This document shows, in pieces, positions 1 to 8,069 of a DNA stretch of 64,000 nucleotides. Under the pieces are notes generated by a model. That model made no database searches, was not told the origin of the DNA, and was given only the letters and a program-made list of their open reading frames with translations. The translations under genes were made by a program, and so were the position numbers. Origin of the DNA: Acidobacteriaceae bacterium (GTDB taxonomy: Bacteria > Acidobacteriota > Terriglobia > Terriglobales > Acidobacteriaceae); assembly GCA_036267395.1 (NCBI GenBank), contig DATAWD010000051.1, positions 872 to 64,871 of the forward strand. Reading direction: 5' to 3'. The first letter of the stretch is position 1. Each line of letters begins with the position of its first letter.

Positions 1-547
1 GACAAAACGAACACTGGGTCGGTTTTCAACTCGTCGAAGGGCAGAGATTGCAGGTGGCGCAGGCTGGAATAGCCGGTGCCCAAGTCGTCCAGGGTAAGCT
101 TACAACCTAACTCCTTTTAACTCCTCTGCAGTCAGACGAGCCTGCGCCAGATTGTCGGTCATGGCGCTCTCTGTGATCTCGACCATGACCCGCTCGAGGG
201 AGAATCCAGTTAGCCTCGCGACCTCTTCGAATTGTCTTGCCAAGCTGCGGTCGCACAACTGGATGGGGGAGATGTTGACGGAGAGCTGCAGCGTGCTGGG
301 CAATGGCAGGGCCGAACTAAAGGCCTTCTCCAGAATCTGGAATGTCAGCGCGTGAATCCATCCATCCCGCTCTGCCAGCGGGATGAAATCATCGGGGAGG
401 ATTATCCCTCTGGTCGCATGGTTCCACCGAGCGAGAACCTCAAAGCCCATATGCCTTCCGCTGCGAAGCTGAACCTGAGGGCTGGAAGTAAGGGAGGAAC
501 TCCCCGTTCTCCAGCGCCCTGTTTACGTCCACCAGATCGATGGCCAT
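1..547 (-). pseudogene. EAL-domain c-di-GMP phosphodiesterase gene, broken by two frame shifts; 3' part runs off the window start
   Basis: Minus-strand translation gives consecutive EAL blocks in three different frames. First MAIDLVDVNRALENGEFLPYFQP from ATG 547. Then [44 protein letters not shown] (ORF 100..450). Then [31 protein letters not shown] (98..1). One extra nt at about 478, plus about 7 extra nt (TAAGCTT, creating TAA at 100-102), break the frame relative to canonical EAL spacing. Confidence 0.7.
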
Positions 548-692
548 AAGAGGATACTATGCTTAACGCCGCTCAGGTGCCCGGACGATTCGTGGAGTTC
601 GGCGGGGAGGGCCCGTCACTCGAGACGCCGATTGACGTATTCCGTGTTGCCGGTCGACCGCGATAAACCTGAGTAACAGACTGCTGAGGAGG

Positions 693-896
693 TTACGGCG
701 CGGGCGAATCGGAGGCGTGAAAGGAAACGACCCGCCATTGGTGCGCTTGGCGGATGTAGACCTTGGCGAAGCGCCAGTCATCGGAGACCTTTTTGCCTTT
801 CAATGTACGGGTGCGCAATAGATGGCCAGTGACCACATCCGCGTCTCCGTAAACGCGGATGTGCAGGTCCGACGTTTCATAGTGCAGGAACTGCAT
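693..896 (-). pseudogene. NTF2-like (DUF4440/SnoaL-type) domain, C-terminal half only
   Basis: The 67-aa ORF (..IRVYGDADVVTGHLL..DDWRFAKVYIRQAHQWRVVSFHAS) looks like the last strands of a DUF4440-type fold, which is normally about twice this length. An in-frame TAG lies 10 codons upstream of the ATG. The ATG is 24 nt from the divergent STAS gene start. Confidence 0.4.
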
Positions 897-919
897 GCGT
901 CCAGATGGAGGAAGCCTGA

Positions 920-1282
920 ATGCCTATTCAACTGAGCGAAGAAGATGAGGGAACAATTCTTGTCATTCATGTCACCGGCAAGCTGGTAAAGGCGGACTAC
1001 GGTCATTTCATCGCGGAATTCGAACAGCTGCTGCTACGGCATGGGAGAGTTCGCGTTCTCTTCGACATGACTGGATTCCGCGGCTGGGATGCTGGTGCGG
1101 CTTGGGAAGATATCAAGTTCGACGTAAGACATTTCGCTGACATAAGCCGCCTCGCGATGGTCGGCGATAAGAAATGGCAACATGGCATGGCCGAGTGTTT
1201 CAAACCCTTCACCAAAGCGGAGACCCGGTACTTCGATCACACTGCGGCCACCGAGGCGCGGATGTGGCTGAGCCGGCCCTGA
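920..1282 (+). CDS. STAS/SpoIIAA-like (DUF3478-type) protein
   Basis: 120 aa. ILVIHVTGKLVKADYGHF..RVRVLFDMTGFRGWDAGAAWEDIKF..ISRLAMVGDKKW is the typical SpoIIAA-like stand-alone domain pattern. ATG start. Confidence 0.85.
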   Translation: MPIQLSEEDEGTILVIHVTGKLVKADYGHFIAEFEQLLLRHGRVRVLFDMTGFRGWDAGAAWEDIKFDVRHFADISRLAMVGDKKWQHGMAECFKPFTKAETRYFDHTAATEARMWLSRP

Positions 1283-1509
1283 CCGCTTTCGCCAGCAATC
1301 GAGACGCATCGGCGAACGTCTGTAATCGCCGTTCCACGCGGGACAACATCGGGTGGATAATGGATGGCCCGAACTAAGACCGAGCAGCCTGTGGCTGCTG
1401 CAGAGAAGCCATACGCGAAGGGCGATTGGAACCTCTTGCCCGTGCCTGATGTGGAGCAGCCACCTGGATCTTCCTCGGAAGACCTCATCGGAGAACGGCG
1501 GAAAAATCG

Positions 1510-2370
1510 ATGAATTATCGCAAGCAATTTCAAATTTCCCCTGGAACCTGCGTGAGACTCGCGGACTTCGACCCACGATTGACAGGCATGCATCAAAAGA
1601 AGGGAGCCGCACTTGCTGAGATCGAGAAGCTCAGACAACGGCTCGGCAAGTTGCAATATCGTCTCTATTCTGACCAGAAGCGCTCTCTGCTGATTTGCCT
1701 TCAAGGCCCGGATGCCGGCGGCAAAGACGGAGTGGTCCGACACGTTATCGGGTCGATGAACCCGCAAGGCTGCCGCGTGGTTGCCTTCAAACAGCCTACG
1801 GCCGAAGAGCACGCACACGATTTTCTATGGAGGGTGGAGCGTCAGGTACCGAGACGCGACGAGGTCGTTATCTTCAATCGCTCGCACTACGAAGATGTGC
1901 TGGTCGTGCGCGTCCACGATCTGGTTCCGAAGAACATCTGGTCGAAACGCTTCCAGCAGATCAACAATTTCGAGCAGCGGCTTGTTGCGAGCGGAACCCT
2001 CATCCTGAAATTCTTCCTGCACATCAGCAAAGAGGAACAACTAAGGCGGTTCAAGCAGTGGCTCGACGATCCTGCACGCCGCTGGAAGATCAGCGAGGCA
2101 GACTACGCGGAGCGGGAATACTGGAATAGCTACGAGGAAGCCTTCGAAGACGCCCTCAGCAAATGCAGCACCAACCGTGCACCCTGGTTCGTCATTCCCT
2201 CCGACCACAAGTGGTTTCGCGATCTCGCCGTGTCTCACATCATCGTCGAGGCCATGGAGAAACTGGGCATCGAACTGCCTGAGTCGACCGTCAACCTCGC
2301 AGACATCCGCAGGAAATATCACAAAACACTCAAAGAGGATCACGCAAAGGACAAGGGGCGACGGAGATGA
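1510..2370 (+). CDS. ppk2: Polyphosphate kinase 2 family (polyphosphate:nucleotide phosphotransferase)
   Basis: 286 aa. Has LQGPDAGGKDG (P-loop), FNRSHYEDVLVVRVH, ILKFFLHISKEEQLRRF and APWFVIPSDHKW, all hallmark PPK2 blocks. Confidence 0.95.
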   Translation: MNYRKQFQISPGTCVRLADFDPRLTGMHQKKGAALAEIEKLRQRLGKLQYRLYSDQKRSLLICLQGPDAGGKDGVVRHVIGSMNPQGCRVVAFKQPTAEEHAHDFLWRVERQVPRRDEVVIFNRSHYEDVLVVRVHDLVPKNIWSKRFQQINNFEQRLVASGTLILKFFLHISKEEQLRRFKQWLDDPARRWKISEADYAEREYWNSYEEAFEDALSKCSTNRAPWFVIPSDHKWFRDLAVSHIIVEAMEKLGIELPESTVNLADIRRKYHKTLKEDHAKDKGRRR

Positions 2371-2510
2371 ACCCGCAGAACGGCGGTCGTATTGCCGTCG
2401 ACGTTGAACTCGCGCCCGAGGATCTCCGCGCCATCGAAACCGCTTCGGCAGAGATTGAGCTCGTCGGAGCACGGTATCCGGACTTTCATCAAAGCCTCGT
2501 GGGCCGGTGA
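2367..2510 (+). pseudogene. Remnant of the 3' end of an aldo/keto reductase gene (47-codon ORF)
   Basis: The ORF is below the track threshold: MNPQNGGRIAVDVELAPEDLRAIETASAEIELVGARYPDFHQSLVGR*. This reproduces the conserved C-terminal tail of bacterial AKRs (..eNlgA..veLtpedl..i....i.v.GaRYp......gr). Upstream sequence in this frame is not AKR-like. Its ATG overlaps the ppk2 stop (ATGA). Confidence 0.45.
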
Positions 2511-2523
2511 AGGAGGAACGAGC

Positions 2524-3003
2524 ATGAAGCCACGATTCTGGCCGGCGCTGGGCGTCGCTGTTGCGCTCGGAGTTCTTGCGCAGGCACAGATCGCTGCAGG
2601 GAAGGGCGCAATTCCAGGCTCGGATAGGGAAAGATTCATTGGCGCGTGGCACCTCGTCTCGCTGCAATCGCCCGGCGCCGATGGAAAAGTGGTCGGCGTT
2701 CCCGGCCTCAGGGGCACTCTGATCTACACCCGCGACGGCCACATGTCGGTAGGGATCATGTACCCCGCGTCCGCGACGTCACTCTCCAATGATTACGTGA
2801 AGAACGGCTACGAGGCATCGTTCGGCATCTACGACGTCGATGAAGCAAAGCACACCGTCACGCATCACGTGCAGGGTTCGATCACGCGGGGGCTCGTGGG
2901 CAAGAGCCTGGTGCGGGTGTACCGGTTCACCGACGATGGGCGCCTGATCATCACGTCCCCTCGGCGCGATGAACATTGGTCGGTCACATGGGAGCATGAC
3001 TGA
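2524..3003 (+). CDS. Exported lipocalin-like domain protein
   Basis: ATG 2524 is preceded by GAAGGAGG. Signal peptide MKPRFWPALGVAVALGVLAQA. IGAWHLVS..GTLIYTRDGHMSV..YDVDEAKHTVTHHV..YRFTDDGRLIITSP..WSVTWE matches the lipocalin-like (Lipocalin_5-type) pattern. Confidence 0.8.
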   Translation: MKPRFWPALGVAVALGVLAQAQIAAGKGAIPGSDRERFIGAWHLVSLQSPGADGKVVGVPGLRGTLIYTRDGHMSVGIMYPASATSLSNDYVKNGYEASFGIYDVDEAKHTVTHHVQGSITRGLVGKSLVRVYRFTDDGRLIITSPRRDEHWSVTWEHD

Positions 3004-3327
3004 CCCAACCTTCTCACCGAACGGGCATCCGGCCGGCAACTATGTAAGCCTCGCGCTGAACTACACGGATGGAGCGGCAATCTCCCCGCGAAGTTCCAAC
3101 GCATTCGAAATCCTGGCGAGGTGAACCTCGTACTTCTGATCATCGAAGCAGCACCGCAGGAGGCTTGAAAATCAAATGAGCAACGGAAAAATCGCCGCGG
3201 GCATGACGGCTTTTTCAGTCGCCCGGTCACGCATTTGTGCAAGGTGCGGGCCGGAGCCGATGGCTTGGCCCAATAGGTAGCGTTTGGACTGTTCGGGGAG
3301 AGATTCGGTTTGTGAGCATGCAACCAA

Positions 3328-4623
3328 TCATCGGACCTGTTGGTTCCGAACAGGCTGTTGCAATGTATTTGTTTCGCCCGTGCCAGGGTCCCTCATGTCT
3401 TCAGCCGTCCCGCGGCGCGGATGTAGAAGCAGGCTCAGGATGACCGCAGCGAACGCCACAACTGCGAGATCGATAATGAACCGCGGCTTGTAGAAGCCGC
3501 CCACACTGTCGTACATGTGCCCGATCCAGAGGGGCCCGGTAGCGCCACCGATCGCGTAGGCGGTCCAGGTCAGGCCGTACAAGACGGAAAAGTGACGCCG
3601 ACCGAAATGCCGCGCCAGCAGATACGGCAGGACGTCCGCCTCGCTGCCCAGGCCGACTCCCAGCACCACAGCCCCGAGCAAAGCGGTCGTTTCCGAGCCG
3701 GCGAAGGCCAGCATCGCCGTTCCCGCGGCAGCCAGCGCCAGCACCAGCGTTTGTATCCGCTCCGGAGACACGCGGTCGATGGCGAATCCGATGAAGAGCC
3801 TCCCGATGATACCCGCGCCACCGCGGACGGACAGGGCCACGGCAGCGCTGGCCGCGATAACGCCGTGCTCCGTGAGGATGGGGGCCAGGTTGGTGACAAG
3901 GCCGTTCTCGCTGAAGGCGGAGAGGATGGTGATGAACGCGAGAATCCAGAAGGTAGAGCTGCGCAGAGCGGCAGCCACGGTCACCCCCGAAGCCTGCCCG
4001 TCGGTTCGGACGAGCGGCTTCTCGGGCCGGTTACGCAACAGAACCGCCGTTAGCGGCAGGCCCAGAAGAGCGATGCCGCCCAACATGAGCCAGGCATTTC
4101 GCCATCCGTGATGCTGGATCATCCACTGGGTGAGCGGAGGGATCAGGATCGAACCGAGGCCGCTGCCGGTGAGCAGCAACGCCAGAGCGAACCCCCGATG
4201 CTTCAAAAACCAGGTGAACAGGGTGCGCGTGTAGGCGAACTGCGCGGTTCCGTTCGCCGCCAGTCCAATGATGAAGAATGTGAAATAGAACTGACCGAGG
4301 TGTCCGCTAAGCCGGCTGAGAGAAGCAAGGGCCAGAGCAAAGAAGACGATCGCGGGCAGAACGATACGGCGGGGCGGAAAGCGGTCGAGGAGCAGGCCAA
4401 TGACGGGTGAGACCAGCGCGACCGTGATGGCCGCCAGCGCAAAAGCTGCGCCCATGGCTTCCCGCTTCCATCCGAATGCGGCATGCAGGGGATCGAGGAA
4501 CAGGCTGAATGTATAGGGAACAATTGGGGCAAAACTGACCATCACCCCTGTAAAGGCAGCAGCGAGAACACCCCAGCCGGCGTAGTGGGGCGAGCTCTCG
4601 TCGGCGCGTTGCGTCGGATTCAT
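3328..4623 (-). CDS. MFS transporter (oxalate/formate-antiporter-like subfamily)
   Basis: 431 aa with about 12 hydrophobic spans. Has the MFS loop motif LLDRFPPRRIV and symmetric halves. Confidence 0.9.
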   Translation of the reverse strand: MNPTQRADESSPHYAGWGVLAAAFTGVMVSFAPIVPYTFSLFLDPLHAAFGWKREAMGAAFALAAITVALVSPVIGLLLDRFPPRRIVLPAIVFFALALASLSRLSGHLGQFYFTFFIIGLAANGTAQFAYTRTLFTWFLKHRGFALALLLTGSGLGSILIPPLTQWMIQHHGWRNAWLMLGGIALLGLPLTAVLLRNRPEKPLVRTDGQASGVTVAAALRSSTFWILAFITILSAFSENGLVTNLAPILTEHGVIAASAAVALSVRGGAGIIGRLFIGFAIDRVSPERIQTLVLALAAAGTAMLAFAGSETTALLGAVVLGVGLGSEADVLPYLLARHFGRRHFSVLYGLTWTAYAIGGATGPLWIGHMYDSVGGFYKPRFIIDLAVVAFAAVILSLLLHPRRGTAEDMRDPGTGETNTLQQPVRNQQVR

Positions 4624-4979
4624 CCCCGAGCGCGCCGCCGCGCCATGGTTTCCAGTGGCTTCGCGACCTCAACGCCCGCGCTGCCGGGAACGCCAGGAAG
4701 CACAACAAGAGTACTCAGCCGTCTGGGGACCTGCTGGCTCATCGAACTACTCCGGTCGCCTTTGGGTGCTGGCGGGGATCCAGCGGCAAGTGCCGTGGCG
4801 GATCGGTACGGCTCTGATCCTAACGTGCTGCTCGGAGGCAACACTACCTGCGTGCGGCGAACAGTGTCTTCAGCCCGGAGATGGGAAAAGAAGTCCACCT
4901 GTCGATGGATGAAGGCAAGGAGCCCCGGGCCGGACAGGACGCTGACATGGGCACTGCCCCCTTTCACGATCCGCCACGG

Positions 4980-5513
4980 TCAGCGTTTACGGTACCCCTG
5001 CGCGGCGAGCTGCTTTCCCATCTCCGCGTACATCGACTCGTCGCGTGGCTGCCACGTGCCGAGACCGTCGACGTATCGGTTGTACATACAGAAGGCCGCA
5101 GCGATCAGCACCGTGTCGTGAATCTCCATATCGGTGGCGCCCTGTGCCTTTGCCTGGGCGATGTCGTCAGCCGAGACCCGCTTGCCGTCCTGCTGGACCT
5201 TGCCCGCAATGGCCAGCAGCGCTTTCAGCTTCGGGGTGACGGCAGCGCTCTGGAAATCGGTCTTCACCTGCTGCACGATCTCGTTGCCACCCAGATGACA
5301 CGCAGCTGCGGCTCCATGACTCGTCTGGCAGAAGTAACAGTCGTTCTGCGAAGAGACATAAGTCGCGATCAGTTCCCGCTCGCCGGGCGTCAGACTGCTC
5401 GGCTCGTGCAGAAGAATATGGGCGAGATCGCGCATGGGCTTCGCCGTTTCCGGACGAAAAGCAAAGCCCGCGCTGATGCCAGGCAATCCTTCAGGAAGTG
5501 CGATGTGTGGCAT
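4980..5513 (-). CDS. AhpD-like / carboxymuconolactone decarboxylase family peroxidase-related protein (copy 1)
   Basis: 177 aa. Has LTPGERELIATYVSSQNDCYFCQTSHG (CxxC..H motif) and IHDTVLIAAAFCMYNRYVDGL. Confidence 0.9.
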   Translation of the reverse strand: MPHIALPEGLPGISAGFAFRPETAKPMRDLAHILLHEPSSLTPGERELIATYVSSQNDCYFCQTSHGAAAACHLGGNEIVQQVKTDFQSAAVTPKLKALLAIAGKVQQDGKRVSADDIAQAKAQGATDMEIHDTVLIAAAFCMYNRYVDGLGTWQPRDESMYAEMGKQLAAQGYRKR

Positions 5514-5523
5514 CTTGTTCTCC

Positions 5524-6096
5524 TCAGCGAGTTCCGGCTTCCGCCGGCAGAAAATCTTTGCTGCCCTCGACGTATCCCTTGCGGGCGACTATTTTGCCGC
5601 GCTCGCGATACATTGCCTCGTCATGGGGCTGGGTCGTGCTCAGGCCATCGACGTAGCGGTTGTACATGCAAAAGGCGGCGGCAATCAGAACCGCGTCGTG
5701 GATCTCGATATCCGACGCCCCCAGACAGCGAGCGCGCTCAACGTCTGCCGCGGTCACATTCTTCCCGCCCCTCTGCACCTGACTGGCAATCACCAGCAGA
5801 GCCTTCAGCTTGTCAGAGATGTTCGCGTGCTGAAAGTCTGCCTTGACACGCTTTACCAGATCCTCGTCGCCACCCAGATGTGCCGCTGCGATGGCGCCGT
5901 GAATGCTCTGGCAGAAATGGCAGTCGTTCAGATAAGAGACATAGGTGGCGATCAGCTCCCGCTCGCCGGGCGTCAGGGTGTGGGGACCAAAGAGCAGGAT
6001 TTCCACCAGCTCATTCAGCGGCTTTGCGGTCTCAGGACGGAATGCCATAGCGCCGCGAATTCCAGGCAGTCCTTGAGGAAGAGCTATGTGGGCCAT
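5524..6096 (-). CDS. AhpD-like / carboxymuconolactone decarboxylase family peroxidase-related protein (copy 2)
   Basis: 190 aa. Colinear with copy 1 (LTPGERELIATYVSYLNDCHFCQSIHG; IHDAVLIAAAFCMYNRYVDGL). A 10-nt gap separates the two copies. Confidence 0.9.
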   Translation of the reverse strand: MAHIALPQGLPGIRGAMAFRPETAKPLNELVEILLFGPHTLTPGERELIATYVSYLNDCHFCQSIHGAIAAAHLGGDEDLVKRVKADFQHANISDKLKALLVIASQVQRGGKNVTAADVERARCLGASDIEIHDAVLIAAAFCMYNRYVDGLSTTQPHDEAMYRERGKIVARKGYVEGSKDFLPAEAGTR

Positions 6097-6365
6097 GGAT
6101 GGTCGTTCCTTTCAGGATGGGGGTTCACCTCCGTCCGAATCGATCCGCACGGGGGAGCTTCAAACGCAGGGTCTTGAATTTTCCTCCACCAGGCGGCAGA
6201 AGAAACGATAGCAGCATCACCCCAATGTTCTCTACATCGAAATAACTTAGACGGACACCGTTCGGAGCGATCTCCACCTTATCGCACCCGACGCCTGTCA
6301 CGTTCACTGCGTCGCCACCCGATTCAGAATCCGCCACGACCGGAAGCATCATCGCAAAGACGGCT

Positions 6366-6590
6366 TTATTCTTCGTGGAGCAGCGCCAGCGGATCGAGCG
6401 ACAGCGCCCGCCGTGCCGGGATCCATGTCGCGACCAGCCCCAGCAGAGCCATCGCCAACACCACGCCGGTCAGCACCAGCGGGTCACGCGGCGTAGCTCC
6501 GTAGACAATCGACGACAGCACCCGGCTGGCCAGGAAAGGCCCCTGCCGCATCAGCCGGAAGAGTCCCGGATACAGCGCCCGCGGCTCCAT
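6366..6590 (-). pseudogene. C-terminal remnant of an FtsX/MacB-type (ADOP-like) permease
   Basis: The 74-aa ORF ..IVYGATPRDPLVLTGVVLAMALLGLVATWIPARRALSLDPLALLHEE parallels the C-terminus of the intact ADOP permease in this window (..[46 protein letters not shown]). Only 54 nt separate it from the upstream gene, so there is no room for the other roughly 750 aa. Confidence 0.6.
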
Positions 6591-6644
6591 CGGCGGCGCC
6601 TGCTGCGAAATCTGTCAAGGGGAGAAAACCAGCGCCCAGCGACC

Positions 6645-8069
6645 TTATTGCCATCCTCCGCCCAGGGCACCATAGAGCTGCACGAGCGAGAGCGCTTCTT
6701 CCTCCTGCGCAGTCACGAGGTTCAGCTGCGAGGAAAAGAGATTCGAGTCGGTCGTCAGCACTTCCAGGTAGCTGGTGGCGCCACCCTGATAGCGCGTTCG
6801 CGCCAGGCGGGTGGCATCCTGCGCTGCAGCCACGAGCAGGATCTGTTGCTCGCGGGTCGCACGCGTCTTGTTGAGCGCGATGAGGGCGTTGGAGACATCG
6901 CGAAAGGCGCCGGCGATCGTCTTCTGATAATTCAGGACCATTTCCTGCTTTTCATCTTTGGAGAGCTGCAGCTGGCCGCGGAGCTTGCCGCCTTCAAAGA
7001 GAGGCTGCGCGAGGCTGGCGATTCCATAGATGGTGTGGCCGCTGGGGTCGAAGAGGTTTGACCACTGGTCGCCGCCGACACCGCCTGATGCGCTGATGGA
7101 CAGCTGCGGGAAGAACTCGGCGCGGGCAACGCCGATTTGCGCATTAGCGGCGATCAGTTGCTGCTCTGCCTCGAGAATGTCGGGCCGGCGTTCGAGCAGA
7201 CGCGAGGGCAACCCGACAGGCAGTTCCTGCGGGGGCGGCGCGAGGGCGTCGTCACCGCTGCGAGCAATGGAACCAGGATTCTCGCCCAGCAGGAGGCGCA
7301 GCGCATTCTCCTGTTGCTGGATCTGTTGCTCGAGCTGGGGAATCTGGGAGGAGGCGGTATACTGCAGCTCCTGGGCCTCGCGGAGATCGGAGAGTGGCGC
7401 CGATCCTGCGTCGGCGAGGCGCCGCGTGAGATTAACGGACTGCTGACGGACGCTGAGGGTCTGCTTTGCGATAGCTAACTGGCGATCGAGTGCCCGCAGC
7501 TGGATGTACGCCGACGCGACCTGTTCCACCAGCGTCATGCGGACAGCACGCTGGGCCCATACCTGAGCCAGCAGCTGGGCGCGAGCCGCCTGGGTCTGGC
7601 GGCGGTACAGCCCCCAGAAGTCGGGCGTCCATGCCGCGGAGAGGTTGAAGCTGCCGGCGTAGAGCGAGCTGCCGATGCTCTTGCTGAGCGAGTCGGGCAA
7701 TTCCGCTCCAATGCCAGAGCCCCCTACCGAAAGAGTGGGAAACTGCTGCGAGCGGGTGATCCTGACCTGGGCCTGCTCCTCGAGGACGCCCTGTGCGGCG
7801 ATGCGGACATCGTAATTACTCGCAAGAGCGGTGCGGATCAGATCCTGCAGCTCGGGTTCACGAAAAACCTCAGCCCAGCTCTCGTCGCCGAGAGAGGCCG
7901 TGTCGGCGGTCGCGACGTCGGCGTTGTCGGCTCCGCGAAAGGCCGGGGCGACAGGCGTCTGCGGCCGCTTGTAGTTGGGGCCGACGGTGCAGCCTGCCAG
8001 CAGAATCAGGAGCACTGCGCCAGCGACGAGCCAGCCGATCCGGTTTATGGCGTTCGTGGACGGGTTCAC
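6645..8069 (-). CDS. RND efflux outer-membrane factor lipoprotein (NodT family)
   Basis: 474 aa. Lipobox LLAGC followed by TVGPNYKRPQ (NodT signature). Two coiled-coil/TolC-like halves. 4-nt overlap with the RND pump gene. Confidence 0.95.
   Translation of the reverse strand: MNPSTNAINRIGWLVAGAVLLILLAGCTVGPNYKRPQTPVAPAFRGADNADVATADTASLGDESWAEVFREPELQDLIRTALASNYDVRIAAQGVLEEQAQVRITRSQQFPTLSVGGSGIGAELPDSLSKSIGSSLYAGSFNLSAAWTPDFWGLYRRQTQAARAQLLAQVWAQRAVRMTLVEQVASAYIQLRALDRQLAIAKQTLSVRQQSVNLTRRLADAGSAPLSDLREAQELQYTASSQIPQLEQQIQQQENALRLLLGENPGSIARSGDDALAPPPQELPVGLPSRLLERRPDILEAEQQLIAANAQIGVARAEFFPQLSISASGGVGGDQWSNLFDPSGHTIYGIASLAQPLFEGGKLRGQLQLSKDEKQEMVLNYQKTIAGAFRDVSNALIALNKTRATREQQILLVAAAQDATRLARTRYQGGATSYLEVLTTDSNLFSSQLNLVTAQEEEALSLVQLYGALGGGWQ

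Noticed and set aside
96-102. The 7-nt disruption in the EAL gene contains AAGCTT (a HindIII site) and a TAA, which hints at engineering
   Set aside because: A single 6-bp site is expected by chance many times in 64 kb, and there is no vector-like or cassette sequence nearby. I treat it as a natural indel or a sequencing error.
4653-4659. GCCACTG (B12-box-like heptamer) on the minus strand in the 356-nt leader of the MFS gene, plus AGCCAGCAGGTCC upstream of it
   Set aside because: The other cobalamin-riboswitch core elements (GGGAA, CCCGCCACUGU context) are absent, and the order of the two boxes is reversed relative to the consensus. It is probably chance.
6125-6352. 75-aa minus-strand ORF downstream of the permease remnant
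   Set aside because: It has no recognisable motif, weaker third-position GC bias and sits in a lower-GC patch. It is kept only as context in a finding and is not called as a gene.
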